Below, one piece after another: positions 9,149-20,468 of a stretch of 64,000 nucleotides of DNA. Source of the stretch: Octopus sinensis (Eukaryota); NCBI RefSeq assembly GCF_006345805.1, contig NC_043024.1, positions 5,394,001 to 5,458,000 on the forward strand, in the 5' to 3' direction. A program made the translations under genes and the position numbers. Position 1 is the first letter of the stretch. Each line of letters starts with the position of its first letter. The notes beneath the pieces are model-generated. The model was not told the origin of the DNA. It did no database searches and saw nothing but the letters and a program-made list of their open reading frames with translations.

Positions 9149-12100
9149 CAGGGGCGTGCACTCTCAGCAATGCAAGGTATGCGCTGCATGCCTTCCTTGT
9201 TTCAAAGAAAATACGTCCAGTTGTTTTAGAAATATTGTCTCCACTTCGTACATCTGCTTTGATAAATGCTTTTAGAAGATTGCATGATACACACTCCCTC
9301 TCTGTCTGTATTAGTTTGTCCTTCCTTCCTCTCTCTCTCTCTCTATCTTAGTGACTCGATAAATTTATCGCTTGTCATGCGTTGGGAAGACAGCATGAGT
9401 CCCTTCTCTCTGTCTTTGATAGTTTGTCCCTTCTCCCTCTTTCTTTGTTTAAAAGATCTACTACGAGGAATGGTCACCCCCTTCTCTCTCAGCGATTCGA
9501 CAAATTCAGTTTGGCGTGTCATGCTGTGCTTAGATCGCATATCACGCCTCTCTGGCTATTTTGACCGGAACAAGAGCCGTCCCATAATTCTTGTTTTAGC
9601 CAGCTGAAATGTTGGAATAGCCTTCGCATGTAAGTTTGAAATTTTTTATCCAAAACATCCGTTTGCACTATCATATTTTTAGAAAGTTTTCAAAGCAAAA
9701 ATATCTACATTATATTTCTTATTTCAGAAATAGCTAATTAATCTTAAATTAATTTAACAAAGGGTATTTTTCCGTTTTGTTGAAATTGACTTAAAATTTA
9801 CGCCGGCGCTTCCACGTGGGTCCTTAAATAAGAGCAGCCTTTTTCAAAATGAGTGAAATGTGTGCTATAAACGATATTTTGAGAACTAGTTTTTCTAAAA
9901 GGGACTTCGATGGGAAAAAATTAATTATAAATTGCGGGAGACCAACACCGAATTTACCTAATTTGCGAAGCTACAACAAGAAATTCACGAGACAATTTCA
10001 GGTTAATTCGTATGAAAAGAAGAAATGGTTAACTGGAAGTGTTGCTCTTAATAAATTATTCTGTTGGCCGTGTTTACTTTTTGGCTTAGAAAAAAATGTT
10101 TGGAATGATAAAGGCTATGATGATTTAAATAATTTACATATGGCTATGCTAAAGCACGAGCGTTCTCAAAGGCATATAAAATGTTTGATAGACCTTAAAA
10201 TATTCGGGAATGTTCGCATAGACTTACAATTAGATGCACGTAAAAATCAAAGCATACAACAGCATAATGAGAAAGTTCGACGAAACAGATCCATTCTGCA
10301 ACGATTGATCGATGTTGTTATTTTTTTAGGCCTCCAGGAATTATCGTTTCGGGGTCATTTTGAATCTGAAGGCTCTAATAATCGGGGAAATTATAAAGAA
10401 CTCGTTTATTTGATCAGTAAGTATGACAAACAAATGGAAAGTCATTTAGATACAGCTTCTATCTTCACTGGTCTGTCGAACAGAATTCAAAATGACTTGA
10501 TCGAAGCAATTCATAAAGTTATGTTGAATGAGATGCAGAAGGAAATTGACCAAGCTAAGTTTGTTTCTATTCTTGTTGATGAGACATCTGATGTCTCAGC
10601 ATCTTCACAACTGTCAACAGTTTTACGTTATGTTACAGAAGACTGTGTGACGAAAGAACGATTTATCGGTTTTAGTGATGTTAGTGCAGATCGATCTGCA
10701 AATGCTTTATCTGAACATGTTTTTAAATGCATTGAGACGTGGGAATGTGGAAACAAATTGATTGCGCAGACATATGATGGTGCCGCTACAATGGCAGGAC
10801 AACTAAATGGGTTACAGGCAAAAGTAAGAAAGAAATATGAATGTGCGATCTTTATTCATTGTTGTGCCCATATCCTAAATTTAGTTCTTTCACAATCATG
10901 CTCTGCTATGAAAGAATGCAAGATATTTTTTTCTACAATAAATGGACTCGGTACATTTTTTACGAAATCACCGAAAAGGACTAATGCATTAGATAATATT
11001 GTTAAAAAAAGATTTCCGAAAGCAACAGCAACTAGATGGAATTACTCCTCACGTCTTATTATTACCACAAAGGAAAATTATAATTTCATAATCAGCCTTT
11101 TTGAACACATCATTGAAAATCCTGAAGCATGGGATGAGACCACCATAAATTCAGCAATTGGATTCTTACACACTTTAAAAGCTCCTGATTTCTTATTTTT
11201 GTTAGAGGTATTCAGTGACATTTTTTCTTTTACTGACGTCTTATTTAACATACTCCAGAGTAAAAGTCATGACATAGTGTATTGTAAACAGCAAATAGAT
11301 AAAACTAGAACTGTACTCGAAAACAAACTTGATAATTTTTCAGTCTTTTATGATAGGTTAGGGGAAAAATATGGAGTCGATGCAGGAATCGGAATTCAGA
11401 GATCCAAGAATATATCTATTGATCCCCAACGACATTATAGAACGCTTTATAACAAAATTATAAGTACAATAGTTGACCAAATAAAAGCACGATATTCATC
11501 CTTAGAAGAGTTTAAATTCATGGAACTTTTGAATTTCAACAAAGTTGATGAGTATTGCAAACAATTTCCTGTGGACTCTTTAGATTCTTTAAGAACAACT
11601 TATGGCAGATTTTTTGATGTAATACGATTACAAAGTGAGCTCAATGTGATGTATTCAATGAAAGATTTTAAAAAACCAAGTGTAAGTCATTTAATGAGTT
11701 ACATTAACAGCACTGATCTTGTTGAAGCTATGCCAGAACTCTTCAATCTGTGCAAGTTGATTTTGACAATTCCGTCTACCACTGCTTCTGTAGAGCGATC
11801 CTTTTCTGCATTAAGTAGAATTAAAACATACCAAAGAAATGCGACAGGAGAAAGAAGACTGTCTGGGTTAGCACTAATGTCAATTGAAAAAGATTTATTA
11901 CAAGAATTGATGAAAAGAGAAGATTTCTATGAAAATGTGATAGATATATTTGCCCAGAAAGATCGAAGAATTGAATTAATTTATAAATGAGCTAAGTAAC
12001 ATTTTAAAACATTAAAAAAAATATATATTAAAGAGCATATATTACAGGTTTTGCTTAGTGTTTGTTATAACGTAAGGTTCAACCTTCTTACATCAGTATT

Positions 12101-12942
12101 GTTTCGCAGGAGAAATGTTTTGATTTCTTCGTGAAACCTACCTACATAGATTTCCCTTTCTGTGCTGCTGGGTGTAGTCTATTTACGGCCGTAAATAAGT
12201 GTTTTGTTTCACTTTCAATAAGTGTCTTGTTTCAATCTCAGAGATGTTGACTTCTGCCACAACAGTTTTGGGAGGCTTTTTACAATGTTGAATTTTCGCT
12301 GTCTTTCATTGTGTGCGTATTCATGTATATGCGTGTATTTTCAATGTTTGTGCGTGAGACGTAGTCCTTTAATGTACGGAATTCAGTAAGTCTCAGAACA
12401 GTCAATAATTTTCCCGGAATTGACAAGTAGCACGATAAAGAACCTGACTTGTCTTCGAGAGCGTAACGATCTAAAACCATGGCCATATAATGTAACTAAA
12501 TGTGTTCTTTTAATTAAATCATTTCATCCAGCTCAACCGATAGGTATAGGGGCTAAAGCAGAATCGCACCCCTTTGAAAAACGAATTTATGTGAAAATTT
12601 TTTTTCGGATTCCTACCTTTAACAGAGATTCTCAATATGCAAAAATATTGACAGAATCCAATTTCATCTTTATTACATTTCACTTATGATTTTTAGACTT
12701 TTCTAAGGGAGAATGAGGATGGGAAAGTACTGACGTTTCGAAGAGCAAAGAATAATACAAACAATACACTTATTTCAGGATCATCTCTGCACAGCCATTT
12801 TTTATTCCCTGTTTATTCTGCATATTCAGAATCTCTTATATGTAAATCGTAGGAATACGAAAATGTTTTACTGAAAAATTGCCGGTGGGGGGGGGATGAA
12901 ATTAATTGCATGCCCAACGCCGGAAGTCACCGCACGCCACTG
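9149..12942 (+). mobile_element. hAT DNA transposon, apparently full length (3794 bp)
   Basis: TIRs CAGGGGCGTGC (9149) and GCACGCCACTG (ending 12942). 8-bp TSD ATATGCAT (9141-9148) / ATATGCAC (12943-12950). Contains an intact transposase ORF. Confidence 0.92.
9849..11990 (+). CDS. hAT transposase, ZMYM1-like/DUF4371 type, 713 aa
   Basis: N-terminal LFCWPCLLF...HERSQRH Zn-binding region, LSFRGH, DETSD, YDGA, CCAHILNL (CxxH), TRWN and VERSFSALSRIK in the hAT C-terminal dimerisation domain. No internal stops. Confidence 0.92.
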   Translation: MSEMCAINDILRTSFSKRDFDGKKLIINCGRPTPNLPNLRSYNKKFTRQFQVNSYEKKKWLTGSVALNKLFCWPCLLFGLEKNVWNDKGYDDLNNLHMAMLKHERSQRHIKCLIDLKIFGNVRIDLQLDARKNQSIQQHNEKVRRNRSILQRLIDVVIFLGLQELSFRGHFESEGSNNRGNYKELVYLISKYDKQMESHLDTASIFTGLSNRIQNDLIEAIHKVMLNEMQKEIDQAKFVSILVDETSDVSASSQLSTVLRYVTEDCVTKERFIGFSDVSADRSANALSEHVFKCIETWECGNKLIAQTYDGAATMAGQLNGLQAKVRKKYECAIFIHCCAHILNLVLSQSCSAMKECKIFFSTINGLGTFFTKSPKRTNALDNIVKKRFPKATATRWNYSSRLIITTKENYNFIISLFEHIIENPEAWDETTINSAIGFLHTLKAPDFLFLLEVFSDIFSFTDVLFNILQSKSHDIVYCKQQIDKTRTVLENKLDNFSVFYDRLGEKYGVDAGIGIQRSKNISIDPQRHYRTLYNKIISTIVDQIKARYSSLEEFKFMELLNFNKVDEYCKQFPVDSLDSLRTTYGRFFDVIRLQSELNVMYSMKDFKKPSVSHLMSYINSTDLVEAMPELFNLCKLILTIPSTTASVERSFSALSRIKTYQRNATGERRLSGLALMSIEKDLLQELMKREDFYENVIDIFAQKDRRIELIYK

Positions 12943-12949
12943 ATATGCA

Positions 12950-13075
12950 CCTAGAAGTAGTTGATAGCTACTGTTATCTAGGTAATCAAGTCAGTAGTGG
13001 AGGTGGATGCGCCAAGAGCATAGCTGCTAGAATAAGATTAAGCAGGGCAAAGTTCAGAGAGCAATTAACAGAGTT
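12950..13075 (+). mobile_element. RTE LINE internal fragment
   Basis: LEVVDSYCYLGNQVSSGGGCAKSIAARIR matches LEVVDGFRYLGDQVSSGGGCAESVTARIR in ORF 31729-33885. Confidence 0.8.
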
Positions 13076-13409
13076 CAACTCGTTTAACTTGAAATTCGAT
13101 ATTTAAAACAGTTTGTGAATTTCTCTTTCTTAAATTTAAAGACTTATCTCTGTCGTTGGTCACCTCTCCTTCATACAGTGATGGCAGTGTTTACATGACA
13201 CATATTTAAGATGGGTTACCTTCTTTACAGTGGAGTGGCCATGCTTTTGAAGGTGAAAGAAGATGGAATATTGTTAGTTACATAATACAACTAGTGCTAT
13301 CAGGAGAAACTGGATTATTTAATACTAAAGGAAGAGAAGTGGATGGGAGTGAAAGAAAATAGCAAACAATGTCTGCCTGTTTCTCTATTTCTCTCACTCA
13401 CACATACAC

Positions 13410-13560
13410 ACATCTTCCTCATCATCATTTTACATTCGTTTTCTATGCTGGCATGGGTTGGATAGTTTGGCAGAAGCTGGGCAGCTGCAGAGCTGCTCAG
13501 GCACCAATTGCCAGTTTTGGCATAGTTTCTACGGTTGCATGCCCTTCCTAATGCCAACCA
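13410..13560 (-). mobile_element. RTE LINE 3'-end fragment
   Basis: CATCATCATTTTACATTCGTTTTCTATGCTGGCATGGG...TGCCCTTCCTAATGCCAACC matches the RTE terminus. Confidence 0.7.
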
Positions 13561-13595
13561 CACACACATATTCACAAACAATTTTATAAACTTAC

Positions 13596-13808
13596 CTCAT
13601 CTAAAATGGGAATGGTTTCCACCTCAGAATGGAACATCTCTTTCTTTATTATGGAGAGGTGCAAACAATTATTGCCATCATTGTCGTCGGCATTCATGTT
13701 TGCACCATGTATAATAAGTTTATGGATTATTCCGAGGTGGGCCCTGGAGACGGCTTCCAGCAATGGTGTCATTTTCTTATGATTCCCAATATCCAGTTTC
13801 ACTGAATC
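13596..13808 (-). CDS. Exon of ankyrin-repeat (Mind-bomb-2-like) gene A
   Basis: 213-nt phase 0/0 exon with acceptor TTTTACTTCCACAAAG and donor GTAAGT. Reads DSVKLDIGNHKKMTPLLEAVSRAHLGIIHKLIIHGANMNADDNDGNNCLHLS, containing ankyrin TPL...GA motifs. Confidence 0.85.
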
Positions 13809-14017
13809 CTTTGTGGAAGTAAAAATAAAAATTGAAAATGTACATGAAAATTTTGAATTTTACATTTTATATATTTTGTATATTATATTAATTAATTTTA
13901 TTTCTATGTATTGGTTTATGTTTTTTACTGTTTGATTTGCCTAATATTGGTTTTATCTCTGCCTCCAATAATACTATATTTGTTCCACGTCCTCGTGTTG
14001 TGTTTTTTTGTTTGGAT

Positions 14018-14065
<48 letters not shown>

Positions 14066-14369
14066 GCTATTCAAAGTAAACACAAGTGAATTGTCGCCTG
14101 TAGTGGTCTACTTAGAAAAAAAAATGTTTTGCATACGCAAGTCGCTATAGGATCGACTACCTACGACTGGCTAGCGTGGATGCGTGCACCGGGTCCAGTC
14201 TACGCGACTACTACCCCACCCGTATTCCTTTTTATTGCGGGTGGCTTATACCATACGATTTTCCTCTCATTTTACAAATAAATTTCCTCTATATCACATC
14301 TAACATCCGATCATAGGTTTTCAGAAACAACAAACCAACATTTAAGTTTGGAAGTTATTAATTAAGACG

Positions 14370-14520
14370 AGGTACGTTCTGAGTTCAAATCCGTCGAGGC
14401 TGACTGTAACCTTTTATTCCTTCTGGGTCGATAAATTAAGTACCAGTTAAATATTGGAGCCGATGTAATTGACTACTGACCTCCCTCAAATTTCAGGTCT
14501 TGTATCTAAAGAAGAAAATA
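14370..14520 (+). mobile_element. Degenerate family B SINE fragment
   Basis: GAGTTCAAATCC...GGGTCGATAAATTAAGTACCAGTT matches the family B body (compare 47365-47591). Confidence 0.6.
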
Positions 14521-14859
14521 TTATTTAAGACGAATTAATATATTTTCCTTATATTTTTATGTTTTCGCTTCGAAATAATTACTGTAACATCGAAAGATTC
14601 ACAGAATTCTATGATTTACAATATTATTATTAGTATTATTATCATCATTAAAGCCTTAAAGTAAATCTTTGTCAACTTACCCTGTTCAGATACAAACTGC
14701 GAGTCAGCGATCGCTAATTAAGCACCTTAATTAATAATTGGAGCTTGGTTGATGTAGTGTAGAAGTTATTTCCCTTTGTATGATTGTATTTCTTGAATTC
14801 TCCAATAGATGTCTCTACTGACTGGTTAGATTCGTTCCAGCATTTTTGTCTGTTCCCTT

Positions 14860-15253
14860 ATATTAACTACCAACAGTGTAACCCGGCGTTGCTCGGGTTC
14901 TTTTCGACCCTTTAGAATTGGAATTTTTGAAAAGTAAAAATGTTGCATTATGTAGCTTGTTATTCTCTTAAAGTGAACATTTTCTTGTTGAAATACACCG
15001 AAAAATGTCGACACAGCAGTCAAAAATATCATAAAAATAGGGATTTTCATAGCAAAAGAAGCACCTTTTTGATGTAAATAATTTTGGTGTTAACATGGTC
15101 CAATTCGAATTTTATCTCCTACGGAAGTAGCCTTCTTCTATCATACTCTCAATTTTGGTCATCTTGCACTGCAGGGTCTCGGAGGAGATAGTGTTAGTTG
15201 AAGGCTACCAAACCTGCCACACACAGACAACTTCAGCTTTATACACATAGAGA
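14860..15253 (+). mobile_element. Non-autonomous Helitron/Helentron-like element
   Basis: 5' subterminal hairpin ACCCGGCGTTGCTCGGGT (14881-14898) and 3' end ACAGACAACTTCAGCTTTATACACATAGAGA resemble Lep1/HINE-type termini. No TIR or TSD seen. Confidence 0.5.
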
Positions 15254-15502
15254 TTTCACTTTCAATTCTGTTTTTTTTTTAATCTTCACCTGGTCATTTT
15301 AAGAATGTTTTCTCATATATTCTGTTACAAAATACTGGTCCCCAGAAACAGGAACCATGCAATTGATTATTGGTGTAATTTATAGAGATTTTCATCTCAA
15401 ATTGCCCACTGCCGGCCTCAATTTCATTATCTTCACTGTAGAATATGTTATTTCCTAAATCTATTTCATCATCGTCAACTTCAATGTCGTCACTGTAAAA
15501 CA

Positions 15503-16260
15503 TACTCTTTTACTTGTTTCAGTCATGTGACTGTGGCCATGCTGGAGGACTGCCTTTAGTCGAGCAAATCGACCCCAGGACTTATTCTTTGTAAGCCTAG
15601 TACTTATTCTATCAGTCTCTTTTGCTGAACCGCTAAGATACAGGGACGTAAACACACCAGCATCAGTTGTCAAGCATTTTTGGGAGGACAAAGACGTGGC
15701 TGTGTGGTAAGTAGCTTGTTTACAAACCACATGGTTTCGGGTTCAGTCCCACTGCGTGGCACCTTGGGCAAGTGTCTTCTACTATAGCCTCGGGCCAACC
15801 AAAGCCTTGTGAGTGGATTTGGTAGACGGAAACTGAAAGAAGCCCGTCGTACATATGTATATATATGTATATGCATGTGTGTGTTTGTGTGTCTGTGTTT
15901 GTCTCCCTAGCATTGCTTGACAACCGATGCTGGTGTGTTTATGTCCCCGTAACTTAGCAGTTCGGCAAAAGAGACCGATAGAATAAGTACTGGGTTTACA
16001 AAAGAATAAGTCCTGGGGTTGAGTTGCTCGTTTAAAGGCAGTGCTCCAGCATGGCCTCAGTCAAATGACTGAAACAAGTAAAAGATACATATATATATAT
16101 GTATATACATATATTTCCGTCTACCAAATCCACTCACAAGGCTTTGGTCGGCCTGAGGCTATAGTAGAAGACATTTGCCCAAGGTGCTACGTAGTGGGAC
16201 TGAACCCGGAACCATGTGGTTGGTAAGCAAGCTACTTACCACACAGCCACTCCGACGCCT
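15503..16260 (-). mobile_element. Family A SINE split by a nested SINE (3' half 15503-15692, 5' half 16114-16260)
   Basis: Both halves are on the minus strand in the correct order around an opposite-strand copy. Confidence 0.85.
15693..16085 (+). mobile_element. Near full-length family A SINE nested in an opposite-strand SINE
   Basis: GTGGCTGTGTGGTAAG head through GACTGAAACAAGTAAAAGA tail. Confidence 0.88.
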
Positions 16261-17104
16261 ATAACAATACTAACTTTTTCTATGAACATGCATTCGTATC
16301 AGGGATTACCTACAACCAAGCAGATTTGGCAGGGTTTCTACTGCTGGATGACCTTATCTAACACCAACCACTCTGCTTTTATGTGACCTCAGATTTTACT
16401 TGGCTTGATGGCCTTCACAAGCAAGATATAATGCAAAAGGTCTGAGTTATTCATCATTGTCTCTGTGAGGCCAAACACTTGAAAGGTCCTTCCAAACACC
16501 ATCGACATTAGCTACTTTGCCGCCGTTCAAGAATTGGACCTGGAGATCTCCATTTCCAATGACTTCAGTGGAATCAGGCGTCAGTGGAATCAGGCGTCAA
16601 CAAAGAGCCCTGGTCTACAAGACGACCAAATTTTTTTGGTTTTTCCAAGGTCTGGGCTCTCCCGCCCCTAAGCCCTAGACCATCACCTAATCATCCTTAC
16701 CCGGAGAAAGAAATACAAAAGGCCTTACCTGTTGACCTAGGTGGGATGAGCAATCACTGTCAAGAAATAAACATGTCCTTGCATGCTGCTGTCTCTCCTT
16801 GAACTTCCTGCCCATGCATGCCCCGTGGCTGTTCCTCCAGCCCCTGCAGTCTTCACTTCTGTCTAACTCATCTGCAATCCTCTCCACCAACACCACATAG
16901 CTCATCACAGCCCATAACACCACACTATACATGCTTTTTTAATCAACATTGAATGTCTGTGTTCCATACAGGCATATGTTGGATAGGTTGACCAGAGCTG
17001 ACAAAGCCATGAGTTGCACCAGTTTCCCTTGTCTGATTTGGCTTTTCTACGGTTGTCAATTAATGTTGGTGGGACAAACACATATATATACATATATACA
17101 ATGG

Positions 17105-17262
17105 GCGTCTTTCAGTTTCCATCTACCAAATCCACTCACAAGGCTTTGGTCGGCCCGAGGCTCTAGTAGAAGACACTTGCCCAAGGTGCCACGCAGTGGG
17201 ACTGAACCCGGAACCATGTAGTTGGTAAACAAGCTACTTACCACACAGCCACTCCTACGCCT
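17105..17262 (-). mobile_element. Family A SINE, 5' half
   Basis: Same head and CORE-like segment as 33-199, ending at a TA tract. Confidence 0.85.
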
Positions 17263-17468
17263 ATGTGTAAGTATGTGTAAGTTTGTGATAAGCCAAATGA
17301 CTCCTTTGAGAGACTGATTTACCAGATAAAACAAAGATATGGCTTCTCTCGTGTATATATACGACTGTGCATAATCAAGTGTTTCTTTTGAGAGAATGAT
17401 TTACCAATGATAGTCAAGTCACTACTTTGAGAGAATGGCTTTCCACAGATATCACAATGATATGGTCT

Positions 17469-18044
17469 CTACCATGTATGTGTAAGTTTGTGATTTGTCA
17501 AGTGATTTCCTTGAGAGAATGATTTACCACAGATATCACAATGATAAGGTTTATCACCAGTATGAATCTTCTTATGGTTAGTTAAAACTTTACGTTCACA
17601 GAATGATTTACCACAGATTTCACAATTAAATGGTCTTTCTCCTGTATGAGTGCGATTGTGACTAACCAATTGACTATTACGAGAGTATGATTTACCACAG
17701 ATATCACACTGATATGGTTTTTCACCAGTATGAATCTTCTTATATTTCGTCAAAACCGTACTTTCACAGAATGATTTACCACAGATATCACAATAATAGG
17801 GTCTCTCTCCCGTGTGAACGCGTTTGTGAGTAACCAAATGACAATTATAAGAGAATGATTTACCACAGATATCACAGTGATATGGCTTCTCTCCTGTATG
17901 TGTACGTTGGTGATAAGTTAAGTAACGATACTGAAGGAAGGATTTACCACGGATATTACAATTATATACCTTATCCTCTGTGTTGGGGATTTCTGGTTTA
18001 CTTAAATTATTCATTAGGAGAGAATTACTTATCATACATATCAC
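17469..18044 (-). CDS. C2H2 zinc-finger protein (tandem HTGE(K/R)PY-linked fingers), probably decaying
   Basis: Six finger units, four with intact C2H2. Finger 1 has CNIR (Cys to Arg) and finger 3 has LTKYKKIH (His to Tyr). TAG replaces the linker ([13 protein letters not shown]), and degenerate fingers continue to about 17265. Confidence 0.8.
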   Translation of the reverse strand: MICMISNSLLMNNLSKPEIPNTEDKVYNCNIRGKSFLQYRYLTYHQRTHTGEKPYHCDICGKSFSYNCHLVTHKRVHTGERPYYCDICGKSFCESTVLTKYKKIHTGEKPYQCDICGKSYSRNSQLVSHNRTHTGERPFNCEICGKSFCERKVLTNHKKIHTGDKPYHCDICGKSFSQGNHLTNHKLTHTW

Positions 18045-19479
18045 AACGATAATGTGTTTTTTATTTCTATGAATATGTTTATGTTCCGTTGTGTCACTTC
18101 ATGCAGAGAATAATTTAATGCAATCTTTCTTCCGTCCACGATCTTACTCGATATCTAAAACAGCAGATGGAAATTGTCAACTCCTTTGTAAATTTATGCA
18201 ACTTTAATTCACCAGGAAAGCAAATTAAGAAAGAAAAATATTCAGCTGTTCTTTGTTATAGACTGTATTTATATACAGAGGTAGACTTATTCATGAATGC
18301 TCCTTATAAATATACTGTCTTCCTTTAGGTGATGAGAATATCAAAGACACTTCTGAATGGAGAGATTTCCTTCACGTCAACATGTTGTGATATTCTGAAA
18401 TAGGAAAAGAAGCAGTAAGATAAAACTGGATTGTTGACCAACATAAGTAATTCAACATTGCATATTTTATATCACTACCATTGTCATGCGTTTACTGTCC
18501 ATGCTTGCATAAGTAGATTGAGTTGGAAGGTGTTAGAAGCTAATGGGAATGGAGCTAGCCAAAACGAAAATATAGTGGGCATAACATGACCAGAGTAGTG
18601 AGTTGATGCCATCCAGAATTTCGCAGAGCAAAGTTGCCACAAGTGAAATGGGCTGTTTATGAAGTGATCAGAGTTAATGATAAAGAAGCATTGTTACTCG
18701 TCTGCCGCCTTTCCGCTAACTAATTAAAACTCCCACTTCTCTTCATGGGCACTGAATTGCCTTCTAGGATCCATACGTGCCCACCCTGATGGGCTGAAGA
18801 ATGACATAGCAGAACAGTGCTATGGTGTGACAACTAAAATAGCTTTCCTGACTTGCTACAATATTAAATACTGGCAGAATCACTAAGATGCCGGATTAAT
18901 TGCTTAACAGCATTTCGTTTGTAAATAGCTTTGTCAAACTAGAGATAAAAGCAATCAGGAATGGGAGTGTGTCTGTGCATTGTTTATTTCTCTTCAATCA
19001 GGTACACACTGTGAGGGCGAGTACGATCGATCATTTGAGCATCCAGATGCATCTCCCACTCAACCAGGAGTCCCTTCTCTGAAGACCAGCTTGCTAGCTA
19101 ACCCACAGTGAAAGTCCCTCTTTATATTTCGACTGTCAGGAGTTGGTGCCCCAAACGTCTTTCCTTTCAAAGCATGACTTCCACTGAGGTCGACTTTCAT
19201 CCTTTCGAGGTAAATAAAATAAGCAGTAGAGCACTCGAGTCCTTGAAATTAACTCGTCACCTTCCTATAAATTTCAGGCTTTGTACTTAAAAATACAATA
19301 AGAATTATTATTATTATTATTATTATCATCAACATTAATATTTCATAAACCCCAGAGTCGGCTAATGGAGCAAAATCCTGACTCCGAATACATCTTACAA
19401 TTTCATGAGTCCTTTATTAAAAAAAGGGACAACGTTAATTATACTCCTTCCTCTCGCAGGTGTTACGACCACTCACGGA

Positions 19480-19700
19480 AATGGCGACACACGTCTTTGT
19501 GAGCAGGGAGGATCTCCTCAGTAGAATCAATAGCTGCAAACCCTCTGAACACCTCACAGGTTGTGTCCGGGTAGAATGGATATAATTCGCCTCTACCCAT
19601 CTATAGACAGAGATTTTCTTGTGGGGTGCTTGTAAAGACAAGAACATTACATACGTTGGTGAGACATCTAGAAGCATTGCAGGGGGATGAAATAAAAATT
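19480..19700 (+). mobile_element. Possible GIY-YIG (PLE-type) relic
   Basis: One frame reads GACKDKNITYVGETSRSI (YVGETSRS motif). The surrounding frame is broken. Confidence 0.35.
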
Positions 19701-19762
19701 AGAGGCAGCATGACCACATAACCAGTCCTCCATACTCTACCAAAGGTACTACTCAAAAAGAA

Positions 19763-20104
19763 TGGTCCCGGTGCGCGCACTCGTGCTAGTCCGTTGTGAC
19801 TGGTCGATCCTTCAACGACTACCTAGCGCGAGTATGCAAATTAACAGATGCGCACATAATAATATATGTATATAATGGCTGAATATATATAAAATAAAAT
19901 GGGTTTTGTCTTAAACAAAGTAAATAAAAGACTCAACCAAAGAATTTACTTACTTTGTGTTTTATTTTCTTTGTTTAAAAAAAATTATTTGTTAAAAAAA
20001 ACCTCAAACATGTCTAGCGCATTCGAAGGTGATTTTTAGTCGCGCACTCGCATTACGTAGTATTTGTAAGATCGACTAGTCACGACTAGCTAGCACCGGG
20101 ACCA
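19763..20104. mobile_element. MITE-like element with imperfect TIRs
   Basis: TGGTCCCGGTGC...GCACCGGGACCA termini with about 55 bp of imperfect inverted similarity and an AT-rich core. A related terminus lies at 14130-14197. No TSD found. Confidence 0.6.
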
Positions 20105-20137
20105 CGCTTGTAGAAAAGTGCCTATATATATTATATA

Positions 20138-20468
20138 GGTAAAATTACAGATTAACACCCGCACGATTTTCACGAAGAAAAAAAAAAAAAACTCAGATTT
20201 TTTGCGTGGAATCAAGTACCCTGACCTCCTAATATGCTGGAAATCCCATATTTTGTTTCGGAATTGGTCCGGAGGGGGGGTGTAACACAAAAAAGAAATG
20301 ATTTTTTGCGTGGAATCAAGTACTGTGGCAGTCCCCCACCCACCCTTCCAAACCCAAATATGGGATTTACAGCATATTACGAGGTCACAGTACTTGATTC
20401 CACGCAAAAAATCCGAGTTTTTTTTTTTCTTCGTGAAAATCGTGCGGGTGTTAATCTGTAATTTTACC
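20138..20468. mobile_element. MITE with about 115-bp TIRs
   Basis: GGTAAAATTACAGATTAACACCCGCACGATTTTCACGAAG... is inverted at ...CTTCGTGAAAATCGTGCGGGTGTTAATCTGTAATTTTACC. A degenerate right-end copy lies at about 20960-21060. Confidence 0.8.

Noticed and set aside
14686-14820. Possible further minus-strand exon of gene A ending at a GTAAGT
   Set aside because: All frames contain stops and there is no convincing ankyrin motif.
15294-15503. Acidic 69-aa ORF with candidate splice sites
   Set aside because: The start overlaps a SINE tail, there is no recognisable homology, and the frame stops before the candidate donor.
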